Shown: one piece after another, positions 1 through 10,900 of the stretch
How positions within the stretch are numbered: position 1 is the first letter of the stretch
Layout of the letters: each line of letters starts with the position of its first letter
Source: Verrucomicrobiales bacterium
Lineage (GTDB): Bacteria > Verrucomicrobiota > Verrucomicrobiia > Verrucomicrobiales > V1-33
Reading direction: 5' to 3'
DNA: 64,000 nucleotides
Assembly (NCBI GenBank): GCA_031411295.1
Contig: JANOAV010000140.1
Span: forward strand, 1 to 64,000
Notes under the pieces: generated by a model
The model's input: only the letters and a program-made list of their open reading frames with translations
Told to the model about the DNA's origin: nothing
Database searches by the model: none
Translations under genes and position numbers: made by a program

Positions 1-111
1 GAGCTGTCCCCGCACCCTGCGCCAACCCGTCAAAGCCTGGCCCAAAACCAAAATCCCCAGCTCCCAACCGCTCGTCAAAACCATCACCATCACCAATCCT
101 TAAAGGCATTG

Positions 112-141
112 GCTTAAAAGCGGAACTCCAGCGGATGTTGC
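112..141 (-). repeat. REP-like element, family A (GGAGT-NCCGCTT-TT-AAGC)
   Basis: Reverse complement matches 33743-33772 at 29/30 nt; shares its core with 18940-18962. Confidence 0.8.
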
Positions 142-504
142 GGAATCCTCGCATGGAACCGTTAACCCCTCCCGGTGGCTCATGGGTCTTCCCATCTGGA
201 AAATCCACGATGTGGCGTGAACTCCTGCGCCCAGAGCAAAAGGGATGTGGACGCAAAATATTTTCTAGAAATTGTGGAAAAATACAGATTTTGATTTATA
301 CTGGGGTTCATCATAATCAACGAACCCGAATTTTTCACGCATCCAAGCCAATGAAGGCAGAATCAGAGGTTAGCCCAGTGCTTGGCATCTTTAGCGAAAT
401 GCCTCACTTCTGAGAATCCAGTCTCATATTTACCATAATTTCTCTAGACAGAGAGCGGTTTTCTGTCAAATTAATATCAAATTTCCATAGGGAAAGTAAC
501 TGCC

Positions 505-1953
505 ATGACAAAATCCCCCATTTTCAAACCTTCTTCGATCGCCTATGCGATGCTGCTTTGTGTCATGGTGACGCGAGCGGCATTGGCCCAGGAAACGGTG
601 GCCCCAGCGCTCCCGGTGGACGTAGGCGCCCCGATCGTCGAGCCAGGGGATGCGCCCGTGCCACCACCGATCTCGAAGCCAGCGGACGAGGGTGGAACCT
701 TGTTGCCGGGTGAGCCGAAGCTTCCGAAATCAGATGATGAAGCTCCCTTGCCTACCGAAACGGCTCCCTCCGGAAACGATGCGGCGGTTGAAGTTGGCAA
801 ACCTCAAGGCGAATTGGTTTCGCCCATGCTGTCGGACGGTGCGAGCGTGGAGCCTCCAGTTCCGCCCATGCTGAATACGTCCAAAGCCTTCCAGCTCTCG
901 TTGGATGTCCAAGCAGTTTACGATAATAACATTTTCTTCAGCTCCAAAGATCCCGTCTCGGATTACATTTTCGTGGCTTCTCCCAAGATGACCCTGCAAC
1001 GAGGGGATTTCCGCGCCAAGGAGGAATCCTATGGCATTCTGAATTACAATCCGCAGGCGATCTTTTTCGCGAAGGGCAAAGAGTCCAACACCCTGGACCA
1101 AAATCTGAAAATTGAAACCCAGTATGCCATCGCTCGGCTGGCGATTGGGCTGGATGCCAGCTACCAACGGCTCAGCGGAGCCACCCCTGACTTGGGGAAT
1201 CGGGTGGACCGGGATCAGACCGGGGCCAAACTGCGAGTCTCTTACGGATGGGGGGCCAAGATGGAGGCGGAGACAAATTTTCTCTATACTGGCACGAACT
1301 ATGATCCAGCCCAGTTGGCTGATTACAGCGAATTCGTGAACGAAACCTTCCTCCGCTATCAAGTTACCGCACGCACCAAGGCTGCCTTGGGGGCGGGGGT
1401 GGGGCGTTTAAATGTGGATGGCTTCGGGCACCAGGATTTCCAGCGGGCGCTCGTGCAAGTCATCAGTGAAGTGGGTGCTAAACTTACGCTGCGAGCCAAG
1501 GGCGGCATGGAGTTCCGCCAAACTGAAATGGGTAATAACAACACTCCGGTGTTCTCGCTCGCCATGGATTACAAACTGCGGGCAGGCACAACCTTGGCGC
1601 TGGAAGCCTTCCGTGAAGTTTCTGCTTCGGGTGGACAACCTGGTGAAAACATCACCCGCACCGGTCTGGTGGCGAAGGTGCGCCAAAAGCTGGGCACCAA
1701 GTTCGTGGGCGGACTGGACGTAGGTTATGAGCAACTAGCCTATGCCGCCGCCGAACGCAAAAGTGCTGCGACTGGCAGCAAAACTGAAGGACGGGATGAC
1801 GACTATTTCTTCCTGCGCCCGTCGCTGCAATACGAACTCAAGGAAGGTCGTCGCTTCGAAATTTATTATCTCCATCGCCAGAATGATTCCAACGCGCGCG
1901 ACGCCAGCTTCGAAGGCGATCAAATTGGTGTTTCCGCTGGCTACGATTTCTAA
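505..1953 (+). CDS. Outer-membrane beta-barrel protein of polysaccharide export locus, Pro-rich N-terminal linker
   Basis: Signal peptide, YDNNIF motif, amphipathic strands, C-terminal ...GYDF; first gene before OPX/Wzc. Confidence 0.8.
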   Translation: MTKSPIFKPSSIAYAMLLCVMVTRAALAQETVAPALPVDVGAPIVEPGDAPVPPPISKPADEGGTLLPGEPKLPKSDDEAPLPTETAPSGNDAAVEVGKPQGELVSPMLSDGASVEPPVPPMLNTSKAFQLSLDVQAVYDNNIFFSSKDPVSDYIFVASPKMTLQRGDFRAKEESYGILNYNPQAIFFAKGKESNTLDQNLKIETQYAIARLAIGLDASYQRLSGATPDLGNRVDRDQTGAKLRVSYGWGAKMEAETNFLYTGTNYDPAQLADYSEFVNETFLRYQVTARTKAALGAGVGRLNVDGFGHQDFQRALVQVISEVGAKLTLRAKGGMEFRQTEMGNNNTPVFSLAMDYKLRAGTTLALEAFREVSASGGQPGENITRTGLVAKVRQKLGTKFVGGLDVGYEQLAYAAAERKSAATGSKTEGRDDDYFFLRPSLQYELKEGRRFEIYYLHRQNDSNARDASFEGDQIGVSAGYDF

Positions 1954-1978
1954 TGCTTCAATTCCCCTCCTTTGATCC

Positions 1979-2638
1979 ATGAAAACCCCTCTCCCCCCCA
2001 TCACCCTGCTGGCACTCTGCCTCTCTGTTCTACTCGGCCCGCTTGTGGCCCAGGTGCCGGAAATTCGCAAGGCGCGTGAAGTCGGTGAACCGGCCCCGGT
2101 GGCCGCCGCCCTCCCGCCTGCAGTGCGCGACGTCTCCGATAACTACAAAGTGAGACCGACTGATAAATTGAGCGTGAAAGTGTTCCAGGAGGAAGACCTC
2201 AGTGGCGTGTGCACGGTGCGCGAGGACGGCACGGTGCGGTTGCCGTTGATCAACGAAGTGGTGCGGGTGGGTGGGCTCTCCGTAACCCAGATCGAGGATC
2301 GCATCCGTGGCTTGCTGGCCAAGGACTATGTGCGCGAGCCCAAAGTCACGGTGAACATTTTGGAGATGTCCAAAGTGACCTTCACGGTCATGGGGCAAGT
2401 CAACCGTGCCGGGTCGTATGCCATGCCGAGCAACAAGCCCGTGAGCTTGTTGCAAGCGATCGGGATGGCCGGCAGCTACACCCGCCTGGCGAACCGCAAG
2501 GAGGTCTATCTGAAGCGGATTGTCGGAGGGCAGGAAAAAGTGTTTACGGTGAACGCGGAGGCCATGGCGCGCAATCCCAATGGGACGATCTACCTGCAAG
2601 ATGGCGATGTCGTGGATATCAAGGAATCCAATTTCTAA
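1979..2638 (+). CDS. Short OPX/Wza-family polysaccharide export protein (Poly_export + SLBB)
   Basis: Y.V...D.L.V.VF, DGTVRLPLI..V.VGGL, V.GQV...G.Y, LQDGDVV motifs. Confidence 0.9.
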   Translation: MKTPLPPITLLALCLSVLLGPLVAQVPEIRKAREVGEPAPVAAALPPAVRDVSDNYKVRPTDKLSVKVFQEEDLSGVCTVREDGTVRLPLINEVVRVGGLSVTQIEDRIRGLLAKDYVREPKVTVNILEMSKVTFTVMGQVNRAGSYAMPSNKPVSLLQAIGMAGSYTRLANRKEVYLKRIVGGQEKVFTVNAEAMARNPNGTIYLQDGDVVDIKESNF

Positions 2639-2683
2639 CCAAGCGTGCAGCCGCCGCGGCTGAGCTTAATTTCAACTCTCAAC

Positions 2684-4936
2684 ATGAACGGTCCCGACCC
2701 GCAGAACCAAATTATTCTGCATGTTAGTTCCCAGCAGGCGCTGGCACCATTGCTTGGTGCCCCCGGTATTGCGGGCCGCGGTCCTGTGCCGCAGGGGGAT
2801 GCGGAAGATCCGCCCACGATCGACTTTGGCGGAATCTTTCAAGCCCTGAAACGCCGTTGGTGGGTCGTGGCCCTGTCCTTGCTAATGACGCTGGCTGCGG
2901 GAGTGACCTATATTTTCAAGGCGGAACGGGTCTATGAGGCCAAGGGCACCGTGGAAGTGCAGCAGGAAAAGGAAAGTCTGATGGGGAAGCCGAATTCTGC
3001 CGGGATCGACCTGAAGTCATTGGAAATGCTCAAGACCATCGAAACAACGATCAATGGCAACAGCTTCATGCTGCGAGTCATCAAGGATGCGCGACTCCAG
3101 GAAGATCCCACCTGGGTTCCGCAGCGGGAAATGCCGTATCAGGATGATGAGTTGGTGATTTACCTGCAAAAGAAGGCAGCCGCCATGCTCTCCCGCGGGA
3201 CCCGCTTGATCGATATCACGGTGCAGGATAGCGATCCCAAACGGGCTCAACGGATTGCCCAGGCCTTTCTCAATGAGTGCACCAGGTCCAGCAGTGCCGA
3301 AGATATGGCAGAAGCTAAACTGGCTAGTGCGGGCCTGGAGAAAGAATTGGAAAAGAGCACCTACGAACTGGAAGCGTCCGAACTATCCTTGAAACAATTT
3401 CGGGAAGAACACCCAGAAATGCAGTTGGATGAGAATCCCAGCGATCTGAAACCAAATCCAGCCGAGACCAAAGTCACCACCCTAAGTGCTTCCCTACTTG
3501 AGGCCAAGGCCGACGTGCTGCGCCTAACGAACGGCATTGATCAGGTGCGTGCGGCCCAATCAGGACGCGCCGAGGACTTGCTGAATATTGCCGCCATTGC
3601 CGCCACCGACGAAATCGTGACTCTGCAGAAGGCGTTTAATGAGAAGAGCACGCAATTGGCTGCGCTCAATGCCCGTTATCTGCCCAAGTATCCGAAGGTG
3701 GTCGCAGTGACCCAGGAAATGACTGCCATCAAGGCCAGTCTGCTGAAAGCTGCGCAGCGCCAGGCGGCCAACATGGAGAACACCTTGAAGGCAGCTCAGG
3801 AAAAGGAATCCAAACTCAATGAAGCCTTGATTGCTGCCCGGGAGGCGTCCCGGAACTACCTCCAGATCAAGGCCAAATTCGATGTGCTGGCGTCCATGCA
3901 CAAGGTGAAGCAAGAGCATAACAAAGAGTTGCTCACCCGTCTCAAGCAAATGGAAGTCAACCAGAGTTTCGGAGGCAACGTGCTGCGACTCAAAGGGCTC
4001 CCAATTCTGCCGACTTGGCCAGTCAAACCCAGCAAAAAACTTATCCTTGGTGCTGCGGGAGTCGGTGGGTTGGCTTTGGGTATCGGCCTCGTGATGCTCC
4101 TGTATCTGCTGGATCGCTCGGTGCGCAACCTCGATCAAGGGGAGCAAATTTTCTCCCTCCCAGGCCTGGCGGCGGTGCCGCATTGCCCAGCCAAGCATCC
4201 GATGGATTGCCTGTTGAATTCTCCCTACACCACGCCCGAAAGTGCGGAAGCCTTCCGCTCCATGCGCACGTCGCTTTCCTTGTTGGGTAAAGGAGTGCAC
4301 GCCCGCAGTATCCTCTTCACCAGCCCGGATGCAGGCGATGGCAAGAGTTATTGCGCCACTAACTATGCCCTGACGCTGGCGCAGCAGGGGTATCGCACCC
4401 TACTGGTGGATGCCGATTTACGGAAGCCTTCGTTGGATCTTATGTTGCTAGGAAGGCGTAACCCCGCTGGTCTTATTTCCCATTTGCGGGGGGAGGATGC
4501 GGAGGAAGGAGCCAAGGCTTGCACGCCGACCTCCATTGCTAATTTGTTCCTCTTCTCAGCTGGGGAGGCCAAGGATGGACACCCCGCAGAATTATTGTCC
4601 AGCCAGGCCTTTCGGGATTTGCTGACCGATGCGCTAAAATGGTTCCACCGCGTGGTGATTGACACCCCTCCCGTGAACGTGGTCACTGACGCCTTACTCC
4701 TGGCGCGGGAAGTCGATTCTGTGGCGCTGGTGGTGCGTGCAGGCAGGACCTCACGGGTGGATGTGCGTCAGGCGGTCCGGAAATTATCCGCCGCAGGAGC
4801 GCGCCCTGTCGGATTTATTCTGAATGCGGCGGAAAAGGCCGCCCTCACCAAAGGTTACACTGGTGAGTTCAACCACGCGGTAATTAGTCCCTTGGTGCCA
4901 ACGCGCCTCAGCCTGCCGCCAGGCAAGGATGCTTAA
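2684..4936 (+). CDS. wzc: Polysaccharide co-polymerase / BY-kinase (Wzc/GumC family)
   Basis: Two TM segments flanking a coiled coil; EAFRSMRT, Walker A GDGKS, DADLRKP, IDTPP; start taken at ATG 2684. Confidence 0.9.
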   Translation: MNGPDPQNQIILHVSSQQALAPLLGAPGIAGRGPVPQGDAEDPPTIDFGGIFQALKRRWWVVALSLLMTLAAGVTYIFKAERVYEAKGTVEVQQEKESLMGKPNSAGIDLKSLEMLKTIETTINGNSFMLRVIKDARLQEDPTWVPQREMPYQDDELVIYLQKKAAAMLSRGTRLIDITVQDSDPKRAQRIAQAFLNECTRSSSAEDMAEAKLASAGLEKELEKSTYELEASELSLKQFREEHPEMQLDENPSDLKPNPAETKVTTLSASLLEAKADVLRLTNGIDQVRAAQSGRAEDLLNIAAIAATDEIVTLQKAFNEKSTQLAALNARYLPKYPKVVAVTQEMTAIKASLLKAAQRQAANMENTLKAAQEKESKLNEALIAAREASRNYLQIKAKFDVLASMHKVKQEHNKELLTRLKQMEVNQSFGGNVLRLKGLPILPTWPVKPSKKLILGAAGVGGLALGIGLVMLLYLLDRSVRNLDQGEQIFSLPGLAAVPHCPAKHPMDCLLNSPYTTPESAEAFRSMRTSLSLLGKGVHARSILFTSPDAGDGKSYCATNYALTLAQQGYRTLLVDADLRKPSLDLMLLGRRNPAGLISHLRGEDAEEGAKACTPTSIANLFLFSAGEAKDGHPAELLSSQAFRDLLTDALKWFHRVVIDTPPVNVVTDALLLAREVDSVALVVRAGRTSRVDVRQAVRKLSAAGARPVGFILNAAEKAALTKGYTGEFNHAVISPLVPTRLSLPPGKDA

Positions 4937-4958
4937 CTGGTAGAATTTCTTTGTCGCC

Positions 4959-6449
4959 ATGGAGCTTGGAACCCTGCCAACACCATCCCCCGTAAAGCGC
5001 ACTCCCGCTCAGCGATCGGCAGCTTATGCCAGCCATCGAGCCGAGCGCCGTCATTTGCTGGAACGTCTCGCGATTGTCGCCTTTGTGGGGGACTTGGTGG
5101 TGACTGCTGGCATGTTGCTCTTTTCCTATGCCTTGCGTTTCCATACCAAACTAAAGTTCATTGGTCTGATCGATCCGCGGGTTACCCTGGAGACTTACAG
5201 CGGCCAAATGGCGCTTGGTCTGGGGGTCATGATGGTCCTGCTGGTGCGGGGCCGCATCTATCAGCCGCAGCGACTGACGTCGTTTATCTTTGCGGCCAGC
5301 GGCATCGCCAAGGCCTCATTCTATTGGCTCCTGTCGTTCATGGCGCTGGCGCTGCTGCTGCGCTTTGATCCTTCCATTAGCAGGATCTATTGTGCCGTCG
5401 CGTTCGTTTACTGCATGATTGGTCTGCTGACGTGGCGGCTGCTGCTCTGTCGCTACCTGCGTCGTGAGCCGATGGCTGGGAGGATTCGGGAGCGCGTGCT
5501 TTTCGTGGGCTGGACCGAGGATTGCAACAAAATTTCCCAACTTCTGTTGGACTCTGCCCGGAGGCCGTATGAGGTCATCGGCGTGGTGCCGATTTCCGAA
5601 GGCTATGCCCATGCCCCGCCAGAGGAAATTCCCCAACTGGGAAATTACAATGCTCTGGAGTCGATCTTTAATGAACAGCAAATCGATGTCGTCTTCATGG
5701 CGGATCTCTCCACCAGTCGCGACGAGTTGACCCGCCTCGCCAACCTATGTGAAAAGGAACTCATCGACTACAAAATTATCCCCAGCGCGTTCCAAATTTT
5801 GCTCAGTGGCCTCCATTTGGAAACGCTCAATGGGGTGCCAGTGCTCGGCGTGTCCCGACTTCCATTGCAATCGTTGCTCAACCAAAGCATCAAGCGCACG
5901 GTGGATGTTGTGGGTGCGCTCTGCGGCATCATCGTCGGGGCACCGATCATCGCCATTTTTGGCTATCTAGTGCGCCGCGAAAGCCCGGGGCCGATTTTTT
6001 ACAAACAGGTGCGGGTCGGTCGAAATGGGAAGCTATTCACCATCTACAAAATTCGCTCCATGCGGTTGGACGCAGAAGCGGACGGCAAGGCGGGCTGGAG
6101 CACGGCGGAGGATCCTCGTCGCCTGGCCATTGGCAGCACGATTCGGAAATGGAACATCGATGAGATTCCGCAATTCTGGAACGTCCTGAAGGGTGAAATG
6201 AGTCTGGTGGGCCCGCGCCCTGAACGCCCCGAGTTGATCACGAATTTCCGGGAAGTGATCCCTCACTATAATGCGCGTCATAACATCAAGCCGGGGATTA
6301 CGGGGTGGGCTCAGATCAACGGATTGCGAGGAAACACCGATCTCACGGAACGCATCAAGTGCGACATCTTCTACATTGAAAACTGGAACGTGCTATTGGA
6401 TGTCCAAATTATGGTCCTGACCTTCATTAAGCGGGATAACGCTTACTAA
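4959..6449 (+). CDS. Undecaprenyl-phosphate sugar phosphotransferase (WcaJ-like priming glycosyltransferase)
   Basis: KRTVD, YKIRSM, IDEIPQFWNVLKGEMSLVGPRPE, KPGITGWAQING. Confidence 0.93.
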   Translation: MELGTLPTPSPVKRTPAQRSAAYASHRAERRHLLERLAIVAFVGDLVVTAGMLLFSYALRFHTKLKFIGLIDPRVTLETYSGQMALGLGVMMVLLVRGRIYQPQRLTSFIFAASGIAKASFYWLLSFMALALLLRFDPSISRIYCAVAFVYCMIGLLTWRLLLCRYLRREPMAGRIRERVLFVGWTEDCNKISQLLLDSARRPYEVIGVVPISEGYAHAPPEEIPQLGNYNALESIFNEQQIDVVFMADLSTSRDELTRLANLCEKELIDYKIIPSAFQILLSGLHLETLNGVPVLGVSRLPLQSLLNQSIKRTVDVVGALCGIIVGAPIIAIFGYLVRRESPGPIFYKQVRVGRNGKLFTIYKIRSMRLDAEADGKAGWSTAEDPRRLAIGSTIRKWNIDEIPQFWNVLKGEMSLVGPRPERPELITNFREVIPHYNARHNIKPGITGWAQINGLRGNTDLTERIKCDIFYIENWNVLLDVQIMVLTFIKRDNAY

Positions 6450-6559
6450 GCTGCCACAGCTGAGCGGCCACGTTCGAATTTGGTTCCGCCGCTAGGCTGG
6501 CTATGCAGGCGCGAAATTTGTGCTCGATTAGAGGACTGAATTTCATCACCCAATTTACC

Positions 6560-7741
6560 ATGAACACCCGTCGTCAATTTCTCACCACCGCCAGTGCCAC
6601 AGCCTTGGCTTCTCTTATTCGCGCCCAGGATGCTGCCAAACCTCTGCGCATTGGCAACATCGGCTGTGGCGGCCGCGGGACGTTTGTGGCTGGAATCATC
6701 CAGGAAAACAAAGGCTGCCAGTTGGTCGCAGCGGCGGATTATTTCCAGGATCGCGTTGATACTTTCGGTGCAAAATTCAACGTGCCCGCCGACAAGCGTT
6801 TCACTGGGTTAGACGGGTTCAAAAAAATGTTGGAGCACGTGGACGCCATCGCGATTCACTCTCCGCCTTATTTTCATGTGGAGCAAGCCGTGGCTGCAGT
6901 GGCGGCCGGGAAGCACGTGCTCATCGCCAAGCCAGTGGCCATTGATGTGGCCGGCTGTGAACGCATTCGGGCGTTGGCGAAAGAGGCTGCCGCCAAGGGC
7001 CTCGTGGTGCTGGCGGATGTGCAATGCCGGGGGGATGCCTTCTTCCAAGAAGGGATCAAACGCATTCACGAGGGCGGGATCGGTGATTTGAAGTTTGGGG
7101 AATGCCACTATGAAGCGGATTTGATTCCGTTGCAGTCTGAAGCGGACAACACCCCGGAGGGGCGCCTCAAGAATTGGATTCGGCATCGGGATCTGGCGGG
7201 CGATATTATTACAGAGCAGAACATCCATGCGTTGGACATCGTGAGCTGGGCGTTCGGGCGGCCCGTGCGGGTGAGTGGCATTTCTGGTCGGGGGGCGCGT
7301 CCCGACAATGTGGGGGATGTTTCCGATCACTACGCCCTGCTCTTTGAATTTAAGTCTGGCGCGGTTACGTTCGCCTCCCGCCAATACACCGCCTGGGGCT
7401 CCCCTTTCCTGTGCGATAATCGTTTCGTGGGCACCAAAGGCATCTTTAGTAGCAAGTTCGGGGGACGTGTGATGATTCGTGGAAACAAAGAAAATTTCTG
7501 GTCTGGCGGGGAATCCAAGGACCTCTATCGTTCTGGGTCCGTCACCAACGTGGAAACGTTCCGCGCTGCGATTGCTGATAAAAAGCCCGACGGAAATCCA
7601 ACGATCGAAGGAGCGGTGGAAACAGCGCTCTTCACGTTGTTTGGCGAGTATGCTGGCAAGGCTGGCCGCAGCGTTACCTGGGATGAGTTCATCCGTGATG
7701 CCAAGCCGGTGAAACCTGACTTGAGTGGCCTGAAGGCGTAG
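6560..7741 (+). CDS. Tat-exported Gfo/Idh/MocA-family oxidoreductase
   Basis: TRRQFL twin-arginine signal; IGCGGRG; GKHVLIAKP; EQNIHALD. Confidence 0.88.
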   Translation: MNTRRQFLTTASATALASLIRAQDAAKPLRIGNIGCGGRGTFVAGIIQENKGCQLVAAADYFQDRVDTFGAKFNVPADKRFTGLDGFKKMLEHVDAIAIHSPPYFHVEQAVAAVAAGKHVLIAKPVAIDVAGCERIRALAKEAAAKGLVVLADVQCRGDAFFQEGIKRIHEGGIGDLKFGECHYEADLIPLQSEADNTPEGRLKNWIRHRDLAGDIITEQNIHALDIVSWAFGRPVRVSGISGRGARPDNVGDVSDHYALLFEFKSGAVTFASRQYTAWGSPFLCDNRFVGTKGIFSSKFGGRVMIRGNKENFWSGGESKDLYRSGSVTNVETFRAAIADKKPDGNPTIEGAVETALFTLFGEYAGKAGRSVTWDEFIRDAKPVKPDLSGLKA

Positions 7742-7766
7742 GGCCATAGATTTGCCACCAAAACCT

Positions 7767-7850
7767 GTGGCGGGCGAGGTCACGAGACCAACGGGGTGCT
7801 GGGGACATTCGAGCTCGGCGTGTTGCCGGTCTCCTCACGTCGCCCTCCAC
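7767..7850. repeat. REPIN-like inverted doublet, family D
   Basis: GTGGCGGGCGAGGTCACGAGACC (7767-7789) versus reverse complement of 7828-7850, GTGGAGGGCGACGTGAGGAGACC. Confidence 0.7.
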
Positions 7851-7966
7851 GGCTGGGGCAGAGCTTTTGCACACCATTTTGGCGTGCGCAATTTTCCAAG
7901 AAGAATGCGCAAAGCAGTAATTGCTTCTTGAGGCCTGCATCGCCATCATCGTCGTAACCATTTTAT

Positions 7967-10900
7967 ATGAAACGACATTTTTTCTCCACTACCATCTGTT
8001 GGGCTGCTTCCTGTCTTCTCGTGCTTGCGGGCATCGCCTCGACCGCCACCGCGGGGGAGGCGCGTCGTCTGAACGTTCTCCTGTTAGGGCATAAACCGGG
8101 CACTCATGCCGGCCACATTACCGAAGACCGCTATGCGCAACTCTTTGCCGCACTCGGTCCGCGTGGAATTGATCTGGAATTCACTGATGACGTCAACTAC
8201 GCCCTGAACGCCCAGACCTTGAAGCATTATGATGCCTTGGCACTTTACGCCAACACCGAGAAAATCACGCCCGAGCAGGAGCAAGCGTTGTTCGATTACG
8301 TGGAAAGCGGCCACGGATTCGTGCCGATCCACTGCGCCTCCTATTGTTTCCTCAACAGCATCAAGGCCACCGCATTGATCGGCGGACGCTTCAAGCGCCA
8401 CCAAACGGGTGATTTCAATACCGTGATCACGCAACCGGAGCATGAAATCATGAAGGGCTTCGTGCCTTTTAAAACGTGGGATGAAACGTATGTCCACGAG
8501 ATGCACAACCCTGACAAGATCGTCCTGCAAACGCGCGTCGAGCTTAAGGCCAACCCCACGGACATCGACGAGCCATGGACTTGGATTCGCAATCAAGGCA
8601 AGGGCCGCGTCTTCTACACCGCCTACGGCCACGACGCCCGCACTTGGGGACAGCCGGGTTTCCACGATCTCATGTTCCGGGGTATCGTCTGGGCTGTGGG
8701 AGATCAAGCCGCCGCGGATTTCAAGAAACTGAAAATTGCCCCGCTGGAATACGTCGATGGCGCTGAAGTGCCTAACTACGAGAAGCGTAATCCGGCGCCA
8801 AAGCTCCAGAAACCGCTGTCGCCCGCCGATGCGCAAAATCACATTTTCAAACCCGCCAACATGAACCTCAGTCTCTTCGCCAGCGAAGCGGATGCAGAAG
8901 GTGGATTGTGGAATGTCATCGAATTCAAGTTCGATGAACTCGGCCGCATGTGGACGTGTGAGTCGCGCGACTATCCCAATGAAATCAAATTGCAGGGCGA
9001 AGGCCGGGACCGGATCCGCATCTTGGAAGACACCAATGGTGACGGGAAGGCGGATAAATTCACGGTCTTTGCCGAAGGCATCAGCATTCCCACCAGCTTG
9101 GTTTTCCATGACGGCGGCATTATCGTGCACACCATCCCAAACACCACCTTCTTCAAGGACACCAATGGCGATGGCAAGGCCGACGAGAAGAAGGTTCTCT
9201 TCACAGGCTGGGGAGCAGGCGACACGCACGCGTGCTGTTCCAGCATGAGCTGGGGCGCGGACGGTTGGATCTACGGAAGCGTGGGTTACGATGGGTTCGA
9301 TGGCACTGTTAGTGGGGAGCGCGTGAAGTTCTCCATGGGAGCGTATCGCTTTAAGCCAGACGGCTCGAAACTCGAATCGCTGGGGCAAACGAGTAACAAC
9401 ACGTGGGGCTTTGCCTTCACGGAAAATGGCGACATCTTCGGCTCTACGGCTAACAATCAATCCTCGTGGTATTGCCCAATTCCGAAACGTTATTACAATT
9501 CCGTTCCCGGCCTGGAGCAGGGAATCCTGCCCGGTGCCGATGCCAACAAGAAAGTTAATTTCATGCGGGAATACATTCGTCAGGTGGACGTTATGGGAGG
9601 ATTCACCGCAGCGGCGTGTCACAATTTCTACACGGCGCGGACGTTCCCGCAGAGCTACTGGAATCGCACCGCGTTCATTGCAGAGCCCACGTGTCACGTG
9701 CTGTATCAGGGGGAATTGAGCTTCGAGGGCACGAACGCTGTCGTGAGCAATGGCTGGAATTTGCTGGCCAGCGATGATGAATGGTTCGCGCCAGTGTATG
9801 CGGATGTCGGTCCGGATGGCGGGGTTTATGTGAGCGATTTCTACAGCTTCATCATTCAGCACAATCCCACGCCGAGCGCCAGTCGTGGTGGATTTGATGC
9901 CAAGACCGGCAAAGGAAATGCGTTCGTATCTGACCTGCGCGATACGGAGCACGCTCGTCTCTGGAAGGTCTTCCCCAAGGACGGCAAGCCCAGCCAGCAA
10001 TTCAAACTTTCCAAGGACAAACCCGAGGAACTCCTCAAGGCCCTGGCCAGCGACAACCAACTCTGGCGTGGTCACGCCCAGCGTTTGCTAGTCGAACGCG
10101 GCAACAAAGACGTCGCTCCCAAACTAAAGGAAATGGTAGCTGATACCAAGGTGGATGCCATAGGTATCAATGGCGGTGCCTACGCCGCGCTATGCACGCT
10201 GGCTGGTTTAGGTGAGGCCGATGCCGCCACCCTGACCAAAGCCCTGAGCCATCCCGCCACGGGTGTGCAACGTGCTGCACTCAGCCTGCTGCCGCGTGAT
10301 GCCGCTGGCCTGGCCGCCCTGCTAAGCTCCGGTGCGCTTGCTTCCAAGGAATCGCTCGTGCGCCTGACCGCATTGCTCGCGCTGAGCGAAATGCCCGCCA
10401 GCAAGGAAGTGGGCGCGAAACTTTACGAGGTTTCCAATCAAGACAAAGGCAAGGACCGTTGGCTCCCCACAGCCCTCACTGTGGCGGCAGCACGCCATGC
10501 CGAAGGATATTTGGCCGCAGCCATCAAGGCGGATTCCTCCGTGGCGAAACAAGAAACTGCCGAGCCCGTGAACTTGCTGCCCAATCCAAGCTTCGAAGAA
10601 ATGAATGGCGCCAACCCCAAAGGCTGGGAGCCCCGGACTTACAGCGGTAAAGCGGACTTCGCGCTGGATACCGCCGTTGCCCATAGCGGGAAAAATTCCC
10701 TGCGTATTTCCAGCACTGAAGGTGGAGACGTCGGCTGGTATGTGGAAGTTCCGCTGGATGCCAATAGCAGTTATGTGCTCAGCGGTTGGATCAAGACGGA
10801 GAAGCTGGAAACCATCCGTGGTGGTAAAGGCGCCATGCTGGAACTGCAACAACTCAACGGCAAACAGCCCGCCACCACCGCCATCAAAGGCACCTCCGAC

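Noticed and set aside
381..403. Sigma54 promoter upstream of the EPS block
   Set aside because: TGGCA is present but the GG-N10-GC spacing is not met.
135..413. 92-aa ORF upstream of the EPS block
   Set aside because: Overlaps a REP and AT-rich promoter-like DNA; not protein-like.
8084..10075. 663-aa antisense ORF
   Set aside because: Shadow of a high-GC3 gene on the opposite strand; no recognisable motifs.
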